DNA of 64,000 nt. Source: Octopus vulgaris. Its lineage: Eukaryota. Positions 43,191-57,084 of the stretch are shown here, piece by piece. The translations under genes were made by a program, and so were the position numbers. The notes below the pieces were generated by a model that was given only the letters and a program-made list of their open reading frames with translations, was not told the origin of the DNA and ran no database searches. The stretch is taken from the NCBI GenBank assembly GCA_951406725.2, contig OX597832.1:15004001-15068000 (forward strand). Reading direction: 5' to 3'. The first letter of the stretch is position 1. Each line of letters opens with the position of its first letter.

Positions 43191-43458
43191 ACAACATCAT
43201 CATCATCATCATCACCCTCATCATCATCAACATCTTCATCCTCAACAGCATCAACATCATCATCAACAACATCATCATCATCATCATCATCAACAACGTC
43301 ATCATCATCATCATCATCATCATCATCAAGAACAATATCATCATCATCATCATCAACAACATCATCATCATCATCATCATCATCAACAACATCATCGTCA
43401 TCATCGACAACATCATCATCATCATCATCATCAACAACATCAACATCATCATCAACAA

Positions 43459-43490
<32 letters not shown>

Positions 43491-44150
43491 CCATCATCAA
43501 CAACAACAACTTCAACAACAACAACAACAACAACAGCAACAGCAACAACAATAGCAGCAATAGTAATGTGTTAAACAAAAAGAACAGACAGTCATAAGAA
43601 AACTATTATTGAGACATAATGGAAAGAATTTGAGGATTTAAACCTCGAAACCTTGGACAAAATCCAAGTAACAACAGGATCAATCGTCTACAAATCAATA
43701 CGAGAGAAAATCTCTTTGATAGTGTTCGGGATTATAAAACGAATATAGACAACATACATTAGTGGGGCTTTCAGGAAACTTCCTCCCAAACAAAGGACCG
43801 AAATAGTCGTATATCTCACAAATCGTTTTGAGTGATATTTCCTTTATATTCCCAACTGACAACGAACCCTCCTTCTGTCCTGTATTTTACGTCCGTTATA
43901 GATCTTGAACAGCATAGCCCGTTCATTCTGGAAGAAAACGAAAAGTTAACTCCTGCAATGTGGTGAGGTGAAAGACAAGGATCTTTCTATGGTGAATCAG
44001 ACGGAAAAGAACTGGAATTACGCTAGTTCTATAAAAAGGATAGAAAATATACACTTTGGCTCGGTGAATAATTCTTGCTCTTATGTCAGACGATCCCAAA
44101 GTTTGTGGTTCATGCGTATTGTGTATTATTACGCTCTTCCGAATTAAAGC
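41690..44150 (+). pseudogene. Possible decayed retrotransposon ORF1-like region interrupted by a (CAT)n array
   Basis: A-rich, coding-like strand bias with broken frames (RGLFGTLVAIFHS, IYMQDKELI*VVVECGKSK); family not firmly recognised. Confidence 0.3.
43062..43562. repeat. (CAT)n/(CAA)n microsatellite (~500 bp)
   Basis: Direct reading. Confidence 0.95.
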
Positions 44151-46081
44151 TTAAAAATTTCTTGCGATAGCCTATTTATATTTTAAAAGTAAATATTCAA
44201 TAGCATAACTTGTAGAGGCAAATTAGAGATGTATCAAGTTGCGTGTGTGTGTAGACAGATCGAGAGACAGGAAGTGAAAGAGAGAGAGAAAGAGAGAAAA
44301 TGATAGTTGGGTAGATAGAAGTTTATGGATGAACATACGTCGTTATGTACTACCGTACGGAAATGTTTGTGTTAACAACTTTCTAGTGAAAATATTCATT
44401 CATATTTATGTAACGTAAGATAGCGGTTCCATAAACGAGAGCAGTAAAATATCTATGAAAATGCAAAGTATCTATACCTGACGGTATGTACCAGTGAATA
44501 CTAGAAAATGCTTGAACAGCTTGGCCGTATTGCATTACTGAATATAGAAATTTAGTCATATACGAACATATAGAAGACAAATATGGCAATATTTCATAGT
44601 GACATATTTATATATGAATAATCCGTCTTTAATTAAATGAAAGTATATCGGATCGATTGAAGTTGCATTGTACAGATGAAAATATATATATATTCACATC
44701 AGCAAAAATATTTTTGAAAAATCATAACATTCTTTATATGATTGTTATAGTTACTTTTTCCGAGAACAAATGAGAAGTAAAAAATAATATAAGCATTGTA
44801 TTATGAAATAAATTTCGTTTCTATATATCTACTTTGATAAAATGAAAGAAAAAAAAAAGAAACTAGAAGCGTACAAAAAAAATTTCTGTAAATCAAAGGA
44901 AGATAAAAAAAAAATTTCATGTTGCAAAGACTTCTAAAGTTATAGAAGAAATAAAGATTATACTCAAATATATACATTGGTCGATATTCTTGCACATAAA
45001 ATTTTATTGCAAGCAACATACATGCCCACATAGCATATATAACAGATGTGTACATACATAATTACATATATATGAACATATATACAAATATATGTATTTA
45101 TATATATATATACATATATACATTTTTCTCTCTCTGTATATATATATATATATATACACGTGTATGTGTATGTGGATATGTTAATACATATGCATACGTA
45201 TAATATAAACGCATAGGTGTCTATATACGTACCTATATACACATACATGTGTCTGTGTGCGTGTGTAAGTATGTATATTCTTTCTATGAAATGGTTTTTT
45301 GAAACTGCAGTAATCAATTGTAATATATGAGATAATTCCTTGGATGTCTTGAAAAGAATCAATATATTTATTTTGTTTAACAACCCGCTTGTTCTAGAAT
45401 AATTGTATATCATCCCAATAATCGAGGATGCGTAGGTACGAATGACTATACAATAATTTGTTGCACAACATGATGTGGAAATATATGTCTCGCGGAATCT
45501 CATTCCTTATATATATATATATTAATGTTCTATGTGGCCTGCTATTGCAGTCTTTCCAGGAAACAGCCCAATGAAAACTTTATATGCATGTATAGATGTA
45601 CGCACATGCATACACACACAAGCATATGTATATGTGTGTGCGTTAGCATATGTATATACATACACACACATATGCATTTGTGACTTCGAATACATGTATG
45701 TGTGTAACTGTCCCTTTTTTTCTCCATATCTCTGTCTCTTTTCATTTCAGTCTGTCAATATATCACCGCAAATGTAATATTTCGTTTCATAATTGACCCT
45801 TCAATCACTACCGCATATTAATAAGAATAAGGTTCATATTAAGCGAATTCTTTTATTGAAATCATATCGGAATGATAAATATTTTGTTTAAATATTGCTG
45901 CACATAGCGAAAGGTGACAATATTTTGAACGGATTCATTCATGATTTATAGTTTATATTTCCATAAGCGCCGCATAACTTTGGTTTAGTACAAGTCTTCA
46001 TAGCTTTACTTTTTTTCTTTTGTATATGTGCGAATTTTTGGAACAGACATTAAAGCATCACGATTGTTATAAGATGTAAAA

Positions 46082-46290
46082 TAGCAACGTTAGCAAGCCG
46101 GCTGAATCTGTGGCACGCCCAGCAAATTGCCTACAAATATATCATCCTGAGTCCCAATTAACGGAGGTGGATTTTACTTTTCGTCCTTTCAGGATCGGTG
46201 AAATAAATACCGGTTGAGCAGCAGGGTTGATGAAATCGACTTAAATCCTCTCCTGAAATTAATGGTCTTGCACCAAAAACTGAAACGAAT
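46082..46290 (+). mobile_element. SINE family C (degenerate)
   Basis: Similarity to 19905-20125. Confidence 0.6.
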
Positions 46291-46530
46291 AAATGTGTTG
46301 TCTTCTCTAATGACATATATCAAATTCAATTATCTGTCAACTTGAAAAATATTATTTTTTCTAATTGTATTCCATCTGTCACATCAACAAGAATAACAGC
46401 GCCATGAGCACGATCTACTTCTGTAAACCTAGTTTCATCTCTGAGTACACCATAAGTCGGTCCGGCCAAGTATCCAATCCACGTAGGTATCCGAGATCTA
46501 CCTGGGATGAAAACGTATTGTGAGACCCCA

Positions 46531-46677
46531 TGGAGACATTGGGGCTATGTTATGGAGCGCTCTGTTTTCATTCAGTTAGGAAGGTGAACCACTTACACTT
46601 AGAGTATTTTGGGTTAAGACAAATACCCCTCGTTTCGTTACTTTTGGGAGGACTCGATCTCATCCGATTCTGTAGTG
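46531..46677. repeat. Direct repeat copy 1 (partner 47624-47770)
   Basis: Shared TGGAGACATT...CACTTACACTTA...TTTGGGTTAAGAC...CGTTTCGTTACTTTTGGGAGGA.TCGATCTC...GATTCTGTAGTG. Confidence 0.85.
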
Positions 46678-47623
46678 AGTGAATATCGAAGTTGTTGACC
46701 TCTTTACTTCTTTCGAAAGTGAGATTTATAGTGGCATTTGCTGCGATAGTGGACGTGCTGTAGCTGCTGTAGATATGTTGCACAAGTATGTGTGTGTGTT
46801 TATGTATGTATATATGTATATATAAAATATATTGTGTACATATGTGTGTGGTTGTGTGAGTGAGTGTATATGTGTGTCTGTGTACTGCCAAAGAAGGTCA
46901 TGAATCATTTTGTTATATGCCGGCTGGTCATTTATTTTTTTCTTCATTTTCTTACGTTTTTCATAATTTCATGGAATTTTACGTCGAAATTATATGCAGA
47001 TAAGTTTTTGTTGGCTTATTTTCAGCGTTTCCCGAAAGAGATTTGCTTTATGAGGGTTGCGGCTCATATATTTAAAACAAAATCTTACACATATATATTT
47101 GTGTAGTTGCGTGCGGCCGAAATTAATTAAAATGAAATGTAATTAATCATCAATTTATCAGTCAGAACCATTTGAATAGAATCTTTAATCAACTTCCATT
47201 ACCACGTTGTTTCATACGCGACTTATGTATAATAATAACCAGCGATTAAATTATTTAAAAACATCAAACCCCAATGTAAGTTAATTAAAATTAATTTTAT
47301 ACATTATCCCATAAAGAAGCTTGAAGAATAGATTATTCATACATTGTCTGATAATCGTTCTTATGCGGCCATAAAATCTGATGTTAGCACTGTTGATGTA
47401 TGTACTATATTATAGTATTCAAATTCTGATGCAGTCGATGCAACATCAATTTACATATATTTAGTAATGTAACGGTACCAGTGTTCTAGATTATGCATAT
47501 TTTTACTTGCTAACTACTTTCCGTTTCAAATGAAAAGAATAGGGGTCTACCACAAAGAAGCCTCATAACTAATTAAATTGTAAAAAGGTCTTCATTTGAA
47601 ATTTTGGAGAATCTACCTTACCT

Positions 47624-47770
47624 TGGAGACATTCGGGATATGTTAAGAAGCGCTCTTTTTTCATTCGGTTAGGAAGCGAAACCACTTACACTTACAATCT
47701 TTTGGGTTAAGACGAATATCCAGCGTTTCGTTACTTTTGGGAGGAGTCGATCTCGTCTGATTCTGTAGTG
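47624..47770. repeat. Direct repeat copy 2 (partner 46531-46677)
   Basis: Same shared blocks as copy 1. Confidence 0.85.
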
Positions 47771-47821
47771 GACGAGATCTAGCATTCTCAGTAAATATTA
47801 ATTTAAAATTTTCCTTTTAAT

Positions 47822-48250
47822 TTTCTTTCTCTAGTTGCAGCTCAAAGCCGCGGCCATGCTGATGCACCGCCGTTTTGTGCGAAACTGTTATTACGAAGAA
47901 CCTCGTCTAAGATGTGGCACTTGGTGAAGAATGGAATTTGATATAGCTACTCTCATTTGCATCTCTTGCCGTGAGGTAGGAAGATGTTCAGCTTTGACTT
48001 AAAAAGCGCTACATCTACATTGTGCAAGTTCCCCAGACTCTTTGGGAGAATATTAAAAAGCTGTGGGCCCATGAAACCCAGGCTGTTGCAGAAGCTGGTC
48101 CTGAAGCGTGATGGCATTGCTGGGATCTTTGGCACTATTAGTGTCGTCCCATTCTAGCATTGGTGTAGCTTACAATGCCAAAATTTGGCACAATTCCTTC
48201 CAGGATCTTCCAGACATATATTACTGCATACCTCTCCCGTCTTCTCTATC
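47822..48250 (-). mobile_element. 3' end of a CR1-like LINE
   Basis: Minus strand RRRERYAVIYVWKILEGIVPNFGI..PKIPAMPSRFRTSFCNSLGFMGPQLFNILPKSLGNLHNVDVALFKSKL, the typical CR1-group ORF2 C-terminus, then the shared tail. Confidence 0.85.
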
Positions 48251-48292
48251 TATTTGTTTTAGAGTCTTTTTTAGAAAATTGGAGCCCCTTGT

Positions 48293-48615
48293 AGAATTTT
48301 AGTGGAACGAATTGACACCAGCATCTCAGTATAGTGTTACATCGTGGTACTGGTTCTATAGAAATGTTTTGTTGAACAGCTAGGTTAGAGGACCTAAATA
48401 CACCAATGCCGGTTGTCAAAGTGGTGGTGGGCGTCAAACACAAACACAAAGACACATATGCGATGGGCTTATATCTGTTTACATCTACCGAACGCAGGCA
48501 ATAGGGCATGCTCGGGCAAAGGCTAACGTAGACAACACTTGCTCCAAGATGCCACGAGTGTGATTGTGACCGGAGCCATATTGTGTGGAAGCAAACTTTT
48601 TAACACTCAGTTGCT
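48293..48615 (-). mobile_element. SINE family A (degenerate)
   Basis: AAATACACCAATGCCGGTTGTCAA and CAAGATGCCACG match family A on the minus strand. Confidence 0.6.
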
Positions 48616-49323
48616 TCACTGCACAGCTACGCTTGCTCAAATTTTTCATAGCTTTAACACTAATACAATCTCATCTAGTTATATATATTTTTAAAGCATC
48701 CTAATATATGACACATCATATGCAAATCATTTTTGAGAAATGTTCAGTTCCTGTGTGTGTTAGTGTGTGTTTGTGAATGTGTTTGTGTGTGTGTCTGTGC
48801 TAGAGTGTGTTTGTGTGCATGTGTGCGTGTGTGCTCGCGCGTATGTTTGTGTGTGACTGTGATTTTGTTTGAGTGTGTGTTTAATTATGTGAGCGAGCAC
48901 GTGTCTTTGCGAGTCAGGAAGAGTACAAAATTTTGAAAATTTGCTGAAATATTTATGTTTATGATTTATCATAACGTTCTGACGCAATTTTTTCCTTTAG
49001 GACGTTTCTAATATTGTCGATTAATGTGTACATTGCTTTATGTACATGTGTCTATGTTTTGGGGTTAGACAACATTTTTTAAATGCGCTTAGGAGCGACC
49101 AACAAAGACTTTCGACCACCTGTTTTCCATTTTTATGTATGCGTTTGAATGATGGTGTACATGTGAGTTAGTATATGTGTATCCGCTTGTTTGCGAGGGA
49201 CACTGTGAGCGAGATAGAGAAACAGACGTATTGATTATCTCCAATAGCGTCTCATCCAAAAGGGCTTTCTATTTATCGACTTGAGTTTATATAAAGAAAT
49301 GTCAGCTGATTACTCTTTACTCT

Positions 49324-49750
49324 GTTACTCTTTTACTTGTTTCAGTCATTTGACTGCGGCCATGCTGGAGCACCGCCTTTAATCGAGCAACTCGACCCCG
49401 GGACTTATTCCTTTGTAAGCCAAGTACTTATTCTATCGGTCTCTTTTGCCGAACCGCTGGGGACATAAACACACCAGCATCGGTTGTCAAGCAATGCTAG
49501 GGGGACAAACACAAACATACAAACACAAACATACAAAACACACACACACACACACACATATATATACATATATATATACATATATACAACAGGCTTCTTT
49601 CAGTTTCTGTCTACCAAATCCACTCACAAGGCTTTGGTCGGCTCGAGGCTATAGAAGAAGACACTTGCCCAAGGTGCCACGCAGTGGGACTGAACCCGGA
49701 ACCATGTGGTTGGTAAACAAGCTACTTACAACACAGTCACTCGTGCGTCT
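49324..49750 (-). mobile_element. SINE family A
   Basis: Near full-length reverse complement of 1097-1525. Confidence 0.92.
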
Positions 49751-50511
49751 ATAATAATAATAAATCTAAAATTAAAATATCACTGGAGTGGTAGTCTAAC
49801 AAGTGTATTAAATTCAACAGATTTCTTATCTGAATCAAGGCATTAAAAGTTTGATTCACTTCTCGTGGTATGTTAATACTTATTTTGTGCGCATGTGTAA
49901 GTGTGCGGTGGTTATGATTTAATTTCTTTTTACTTTTTCTTTGTAGTTGCAGCAATAAAATCAGCACCATTAATATCATATGATTAAATTTGTACTTCTA
50001 AAGTAGATATTCTTCAATAAAAATTTTCCATGTCAATATAAAACTTCATAACACTTCATCCTACGTTAGAAATTCAACACAATTGTCACAAGCACAGACA
50101 CAAGCACACACTCACACAAACAGGAACACGCATACATGCAGACTCATGCACCCGCACATATATTAAGAAACGGGCATACACATATGCACCCAGATATGCA
50201 TTAGTAACCTATATGAAGATAAGATAAGTAATAATTGAATAAAATAGAACAGTATTCACACGAGCACGAGCGCACTTCGAGGAGACGGGTCGATATCACA
50301 GACTGTACACCCACCTACACACTACTTCAGGCATCATAAGGACACATAGTAGCAGAAACGATAGCGTGAACGGCGAACGAACTGGTGACAAAAACAACCA
50401 CGATGGGAACATGACAGTAGCCCTCTAAAAGCAACGGCTGACAGGCTGCTGTTGACAATGATGACGGCGACAATGACCCTTCTTCCACCACCACCACCAC
50501 CAACAACAAGT

Positions 50512-50620
50512 GGCGCAATGGACCAGTGGTTATGGCAGCGGACTCGCGGTCGTAAGAACACGGTTTCGATTCCCAGACCGGAATTGTGAGTGTTTATTGA
50601 GCAAAAACACCTAAGATCCA
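50512..50620 (+). mobile_element. SINE family B (partial)
   Basis: GGCGCAATGGACCAGTGGTTATGGCAGCGGACTCGCGG...GGTTTCGATTCCCAGACC. Confidence 0.85.
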
Positions 50621-51475
50621 CAACATTCTCTCACTCTTCCTACTGCCACAAATCAGAGGAACCATGGTGTAACCCACTGTGGTGTGGTAAAACTTTCAGA
50701 CCCTTGTCTAGATTGCGAATCCTCTCTAACCCAGGATGGTTCAGCTCTCCACACGTTAAAAGCCACCGTTTACGGAATGAGGATAACAATGTAGCTTCGC
50801 GCCCGTGCAGCCGCCAGTCTATCGCGTGTGGTGGGTGGATCTTCAAGTTGCCACACGCATTCTTAGTAGTTTAGTGTAGGCTAGAATGGATGTGAGTCCT
50901 GATTGGAAGAAGAAGAAGAAGAAGAAGAAGAAGAAGAAGAAGAAGAAGAAGAAGAAGAAGAAGACTACATCAGTAAAAATTATAAAGACTAAGGCGTCTA
51001 CTACAGCAAGTATAACAACTACAACACTTGCAGCAAAGCCAGCATTTAGAACACCCACAGTGACAAATACAGCAACAACTACAACAATAATTATCACAAT
51101 GACAACAACGATAGCTACCACAACACCAAAAACAACAGCAGCAGTAATACGGCCAACATTGACAGTAATGACAATAACAGGACTAGTGTAGCTGAGACGG
51201 GAAGCGTAAACGATCAAAGGTGTGGCAGCATTAACAATCTATTCGAAAGAACGACTGAGAGGAAATCGGCAGAAAGAAAAATATATAGTGGCTCTACGTC
51301 GACCTACCATGTACGGGGGACGATGGAGAGCCAGTGAAGAAAGAGCATCGGACATATACCCGCAAAATTTTATATAACCTGAAACTAACATAACTTTGAA
51401 AACTATTTAAATTCTTCTATCCATAAATAGTTCCTGCTTTTATATCAGTGATCATGTATGTATGTGTGTGTGTGT

Positions 51476-51520
<45 letters not shown>

Positions 51521-51553
51521 TCTGTGTGTGTGTATGTGTGTGTGTGTGTTGAA

Positions 51554-51830
51554 ATGCAATGGCCGAGTGGTTAGGGCAGCGGACTCGCGGTCGGAGGATC
51601 GCGGTTTCGATTCCCAGCCCGGGCGTTGCGTGTGTGTTTATTGAGTGAAATCACCTAAAAGCCCCAGGATGCTCCGGGAGGGGGGTGACCCCTGCTGTAC
51701 TCTTTCACCACCACTTTCTCTCACACTCTCTTCCTGTTTCTTGAGTAACGGTGAGATGGACTGGCGTCTAATCCAACTGGGGAAAAAACATACGCGACAG
51801 AAACCGACGTAGGGATGAGCGCATGCGCTA
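51554..51830 (+). mobile_element. SINE family B
   Basis: GCAATGGCCGAGTGGTTAGGGCAGCGGACTCGCGG...CCCTGCTGTACTCTTTCACC. Confidence 0.85.
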
Positions 51831-53930
51831 AGGTCAGAAGCCATCTTAAGACCGTGGAGAAAGCTGAGGGAAGCTAATTCCTGAGATGTCATCTCTCAGC
51901 CACAATGTGGAAGATGTGTTTTTGATTTTTAAAAAATGATTATATATTTGAATATCATATTGTCTATTTATAATTTTTACGTGCAGCATACTTGGATGTG
52001 CTGACTGCATCGCATTTACACTGCTATTAACAGGCAGAAATACTGTGATGTAGACGACTCGTACTCATTAAGCACTGAATATATGCTGACGAAACGATCA
52101 TCTACACAGTTGGATGGCCCGAGAGTATCACGATTTCACCGTGTTTGCAGATGTCAATGCCTGCACAGCCTCGCACCGAATGCCCGAAAGGGAAAGACGT
52201 CGAACCGATATACTACAGTAAGCAGTCAGTCAGTCAAGTCACAAAAAGCCGGCGGGTTACGACTATATTAACTATTAGCGTCAAATGCTGTAATTATTAC
52301 GAATAATAATTAGTTAATCCATCATAATTACACGTGCTGATTAGATAGCCTCTAGATTGTTATTAATCTACAGAAATACGAGCTAATGTTAACAACACGA
52401 GCTTATTTTATACTCAATATATCGGTTGACGCAATAATTGTGTGCAGCACCGAATGACACTAACATAAAATGTGATTTCACCGATTTCTGCGGAATTGAA
52501 ATCACTTAAAATTGGCTAAGTAATCATATGAATACAGGGGTATTAAAACATATGTTTGGCTCCTTTCTTTTGACATATCAGCAAATATCATAGTAATATG
52601 TAAGTTTATTTTAATTTCGTTTCATATTAGATATTTCTGATATATTTCTGACGCATATTATTTCAGGTATCTAATTAATGGTTAACAAGTTGATATAGTA
52701 TAATCAGTGAAAATATTTTCTTTAATCGCATTAAGATGTTGACTGTGTATACAATGGTAATAGGTTTCAGCGGTGTATATTTATACTTTAAATTATCCTT
52801 TTCTCAATCAATATAGAACCACCAAAAGTAGAATACTTTCATGTGGACGAATTATGAAATGGCGACGCACTGATTCTTATCTATTTCTCTTAGTTACATA
52901 TCTGTGCGATTAACTCATGGTAAGAAGTTTACTTCATTATAAAAAGCTTCTAGGTTCAATCCCACTACGAGACATACTAAGCCTATCGATTATATGTGTG
53001 TTTACACGCCCACCGTGTGCATGCGCGTGCATGTGTGTGTGTGTATGTGCGAGTGTATCTTTGTGTTTAGAAGACTAAAAGCTTCAAGGTGATGTCCCAG
53101 GATGGCCACAGTCTAATGACAGAGAGAAGAACATGATCATTCCCTATGTTTGTGTATTTATTATATCTGTTTTAACTTATTAGTAAATGCAATGTCACAC
53201 TCATATTTTGCTTACAGATTTTAAAAAATCTTTTGGTACGTCTGTTTTTATCCTTTCGCATCTTTCTTTCACTCTGCCCCCCTCTTTTTCTTCCTCTCAC
53301 TCTACCATTTCTTTCTCCCCTTCCCTCTATACACTTGCGTGCTGTTACCTGTTACAGCCTTCTCTCTCCTCTATTTCCATTTTGTATCTCTCTCAGTTTT
53401 CTACTACATTTCTCTCGTCATCTTTTATAATCTTTCCTTATTCGTATTTTCTCTTGTCTCCCACTTTCAACACGTTTTGCTGTCTCTTGTTTGACCATCT
53501 CTTTCTAATCCCTTAGGGTATTTCTCCTGGCATTAACCGTATTTCCGTCTCCGGTCTGGCTGGCCTTAAGGCCGTATTCTTTTTAGATACTTCAGTTTCT
53601 TCGCATATGCACATTACGTCTGGTTTGTTTTCGTTCTCGTCCTCTCGTTTGTCCATCAGTGATCCCATCTTCAATCACGTTTATTTCATGCCTTTATATT
53701 CATTAACTCTATTCCAAATTTGCTTATTTCTTGTTAGTTTTTTCTCTGTCATAGTTGTTCAATTGCTCATCATTGTGGGGAGCTTCCTGCTGCCGGCGCC
53801 ACCAGAGGAGACCAATATAATCATTTGACTGCACGATTTTGCATTTCTCCTTTAGTCGATGACTGATAAAGATTTGCTGACACAGTATGTGCCTCTTTTC
53901 CTTTTGTCTGTGCGTGTATTATATGTCTCA

Positions 53931-53973
<43 letters not shown>

Positions 53974-53996
53974 TGTTTGTTTTTTGTTTTTGTTTT

Positions 53997-54200
53997 TCCA
54001 GTTTCAGCTCTTGAGCTGTGGCCATGCTGGGGCACCGCCATTGTGGTGAAAGAGTACAGCAGGGATCACCACCCCCTGCCGGAGCCTCGTAGAGCTTTTA
54101 GGTGTTTTCGCTCAATAATCACACACAACGCCCGGTCTGAGAATCGAAACCGCGATCCTGCGACCGCGAGTCCGCTGCCCTAATACTAGGCCATTGCACC
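53997..54200 (-). mobile_element. SINE family B joined to the LINE-type 3' tail
   Basis: Family B body at 54042-54200 is directly followed (on minus) by GGCGGTGCCCCAGCATGGCCACAGCTCAAGAGCTGAAAC. Confidence 0.85.
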
Positions 54201-54439
54201 TCTATATATATATATATATATAGTAGAATTCATAACACAACAATATATTTGTATATTCGATGGAGACATGCAGTGAGGCAGTTTAAAAAGTTTTTGTCGG
54301 GTATTCTGCTGAAATATTAATCTAGGTATTGTGTATTTGATGTAGATTAACTAATGATAATTCCCAATGACTGTATATTTTCTTTCTTTCCACACTACCT
54401 TATTGTATTGGGAATATTGTGCAAAGCAACTCCGATCAT

Positions 54440-56120
54440 AATGACATATAACTCTAAAAGAAACAATTTACACTCGAAAAACCTCAAATTCTAGAAAACG
54501 TAGATACAGTAAGTGCAATTAGTGATGTATTGCAAGAAGGACCCTTCATGGGCGAAAGCAAGTAGAATTCGATATTATATTACAAGAATGGATTTTAGCG
54601 AAGCGAAATGAAGCTAAAGCACTATCAGGACAAATGCTAATTGTTAAAGCAAAATCTCTGAAAAAAGAGTTGAATATCATAAAGGATATGAACTTCAGGC
54701 CAGGCTGCCTTAGAAGTTTTAAGAGATACATAGCATACGGCAATTGACAATTTCAGGGGAACAGCGTTCAGCTGATAGTCAACTTATTGTAAAAAATTAA
54801 AATTATAGAATAAATCAACTCCCTTCATAGTGACATATGATTCTAAAAAGAAACAAGTTATTCGAAAAGCATCAAATTGTAGAAAAATTAGATACGTGAA
54901 GTGCAAATAGTGATATATTGAATGATTATAAGATTGGAAGGAGATCACTGTTCTACATGAAAAAGACCAGGGAAGAAATATTGAATGCTGCTCCTCTTTG
55001 ATATTATATACCATGCTGATGAAACTGGTATACATTGGAAGTGCTTACCCACCAAAATATTAGCTGGATTAGAATAGCATAAAATAAAAGGATTCAATTC
55101 AAAGAGAGACTTACAGTGATGGTATGTACTAATGCTTCTGGTACTCACAAATTTTAGCTTCTTGTCATTGGTAAATCTAAGGGCCCCCGAGCTTTGAAAA
55201 GAGTTTCACCTTTACCAGTATCATATTATTCTTCAAAAAAAAAAAAAAACGCATGGATAAATCAACACTTGTTCACTGAATAGTTCATACAAGAATTTGT
55301 GTCAGCTGTAGAAAACTGCTCTCACGAATTAGGTAAATATCATTGAAAGTGCCTGCTGTTATTAGACAATTGTAGAGCACATCCTCACGAGTCAATATTA
55401 TTGTCATCGTGCGGGAATGAGTTTGCGTATTACTTACCACTGAATGTGACATATCTCATGCAACCTATGGACCAAGGAATTATTTTGAGATTAAAATATT
55501 TCTACAGAAATGATTTCATGATGTATATGATAAATAACAATGTTAGTATAGGCGATTTCCAGCGCAATTTTACCATCAAAATGCCATTTTTCTCATCGAA
55601 ATTGCATGGAATCAGATTCGAGCAGTCACATTAACAACAGCCTGGGGAACATTATACCCAGCGTCTAGTGCTCTTGAAGTGAGAGAGGCAGATAATGAAT
55701 CTGGAGTACAAAATATTCTTGAAACTACACACTTTCAAATAAACACACAGTTTCTCAATCACTTGAAATTGAAATGCGGGGGCGACAAGACGAAGAAACT
55801 ACTGAACAATGTCCTGAAGAAAATAGCGGTCATGAAATCTGCGACAGCAACAGATTCCGTTGGAGTGAGTCTAATGTAAATGAGGCTGAAAAGTCTATGG
55901 AGATATGATAAAATATGATAAGATGATAGAAAGAAATCCTTACTTTATTGACAACTATGCTTTGCAAGCAACGTCACTTGGAAAGGATATGATCATAAAG
56001 AGACTACAGCACCAGGAAATAGTGTAATTTCGTGATTGCTTCAGGAATGCAATGGCAGCCTCCAATGTTTCGACAAAGGAAGACAGAAACGAAAGTGAAG
56101 AAGCTTATTCAATGAATGAA
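54440..56120 (+). pseudogene. Decayed Tigger/pogo (CENP-B/DDE_1) transposase
   Basis: ADETGIHWKCLPTK, TVMVCTNASG, LLVIGKSKGPRAL, NAWINQHLF, LLLLDNCRAHP and YLPLNVTYLMQPMDQGIILRLK are pogo/Tigger DDE motifs; multiple stops. Confidence 0.88.
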
Positions 56121-56409
56121 TAAAATTATTCTATATAGTTGACTGGTTGTTAAATGCAGGTAATTTATGTAATACATATCTAACAACTAATATTATTTAA
56201 TATTCATTTAGTTTCATATTTTTCCTAGCAATGATAATTAAGGATTCTTTATAATATAGAATTCACTCACCTTAATATATACGTTGGAAATATAAGAGGA
56301 AATATGTTAACACCCTTACGCATTTTGTTCCCGTAATTTGGACAGCACCCTCTAACTTGAACGTAGCACACGTTCAAAGTAGAGGAATTCTTCTCTCTCT
56401 CTCTCCCTA

Positions 56410-56471
<62 letters not shown>

Positions 56472-56489
56472 TTATTTGTTTATACATAT

Positions 56490-56955
56490 ATAAGGGTAAA
56501 TATAATGACAAGCAAGTTAGTGAAGTCTCTATACAAAAGAATATTAAATACATTTAATACAAACCAGATCCATATTTATACATATAAAAGAAGTCCGACG
56601 TACACAGAATGGAAATGATGTAAGGAATTAAGGAATAAGAGTAGATGTTTTTCGAGTCAAACAGCTGTTTCTGCGGGCTTGGTGGTTCAATGTAATGCTT
56701 GTAACTTGATTCCATCATCACATACCACCAGCTTCCGTCTTCGGGGAAGAATCTACATTTGCCATCAAGCCCCCAGAAACAGCAGCTGATCTCGTAAATC
56801 TCCTACACCCCCCTTCTTACTACCCTATATAATTTCTAGTCTGTGTAAGTCGGAGTTATTTTATATGTATACATATATACATTTTTGTATTAAATGATTT
56901 TAACATAGTTTGTATATCGACTTGACTGACTTGCTTGTCCTTACATTTACTCCTC
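56490..56955. mobile_element. Degenerate inverted-repeat element next to (TA)n
   Basis: GACAAGCAAGT / ACTTGCTTGTC, CATTTAATACAAA / TTTGTATTAAATG and CTGTTTCTG.GGGCTTG / CAAGCCCCCAGAAACAG pair as arms. Confidence 0.7.
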
Positions 56956-57030
56956 TACCTGCTAAATTCCAAATCTCTTAAGCACTGCGAAGTGTATTCT
57001 ATACAAAAAAATACCTGTCTCTAATCTCTG

Positions 57031-57069
<39 letters not shown>

Positions 57070-57084
57070 ACTGTGTATATATAT

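Noticed and set aside
42917-43597. 226-aa and 187-aa poly-I/poly-M ORFs
   Set aside because: (CAT)n microsatellite.
52086-52100. CTGACGAAAC
   Set aside because: The core halves overlap with no stem II; chance match.
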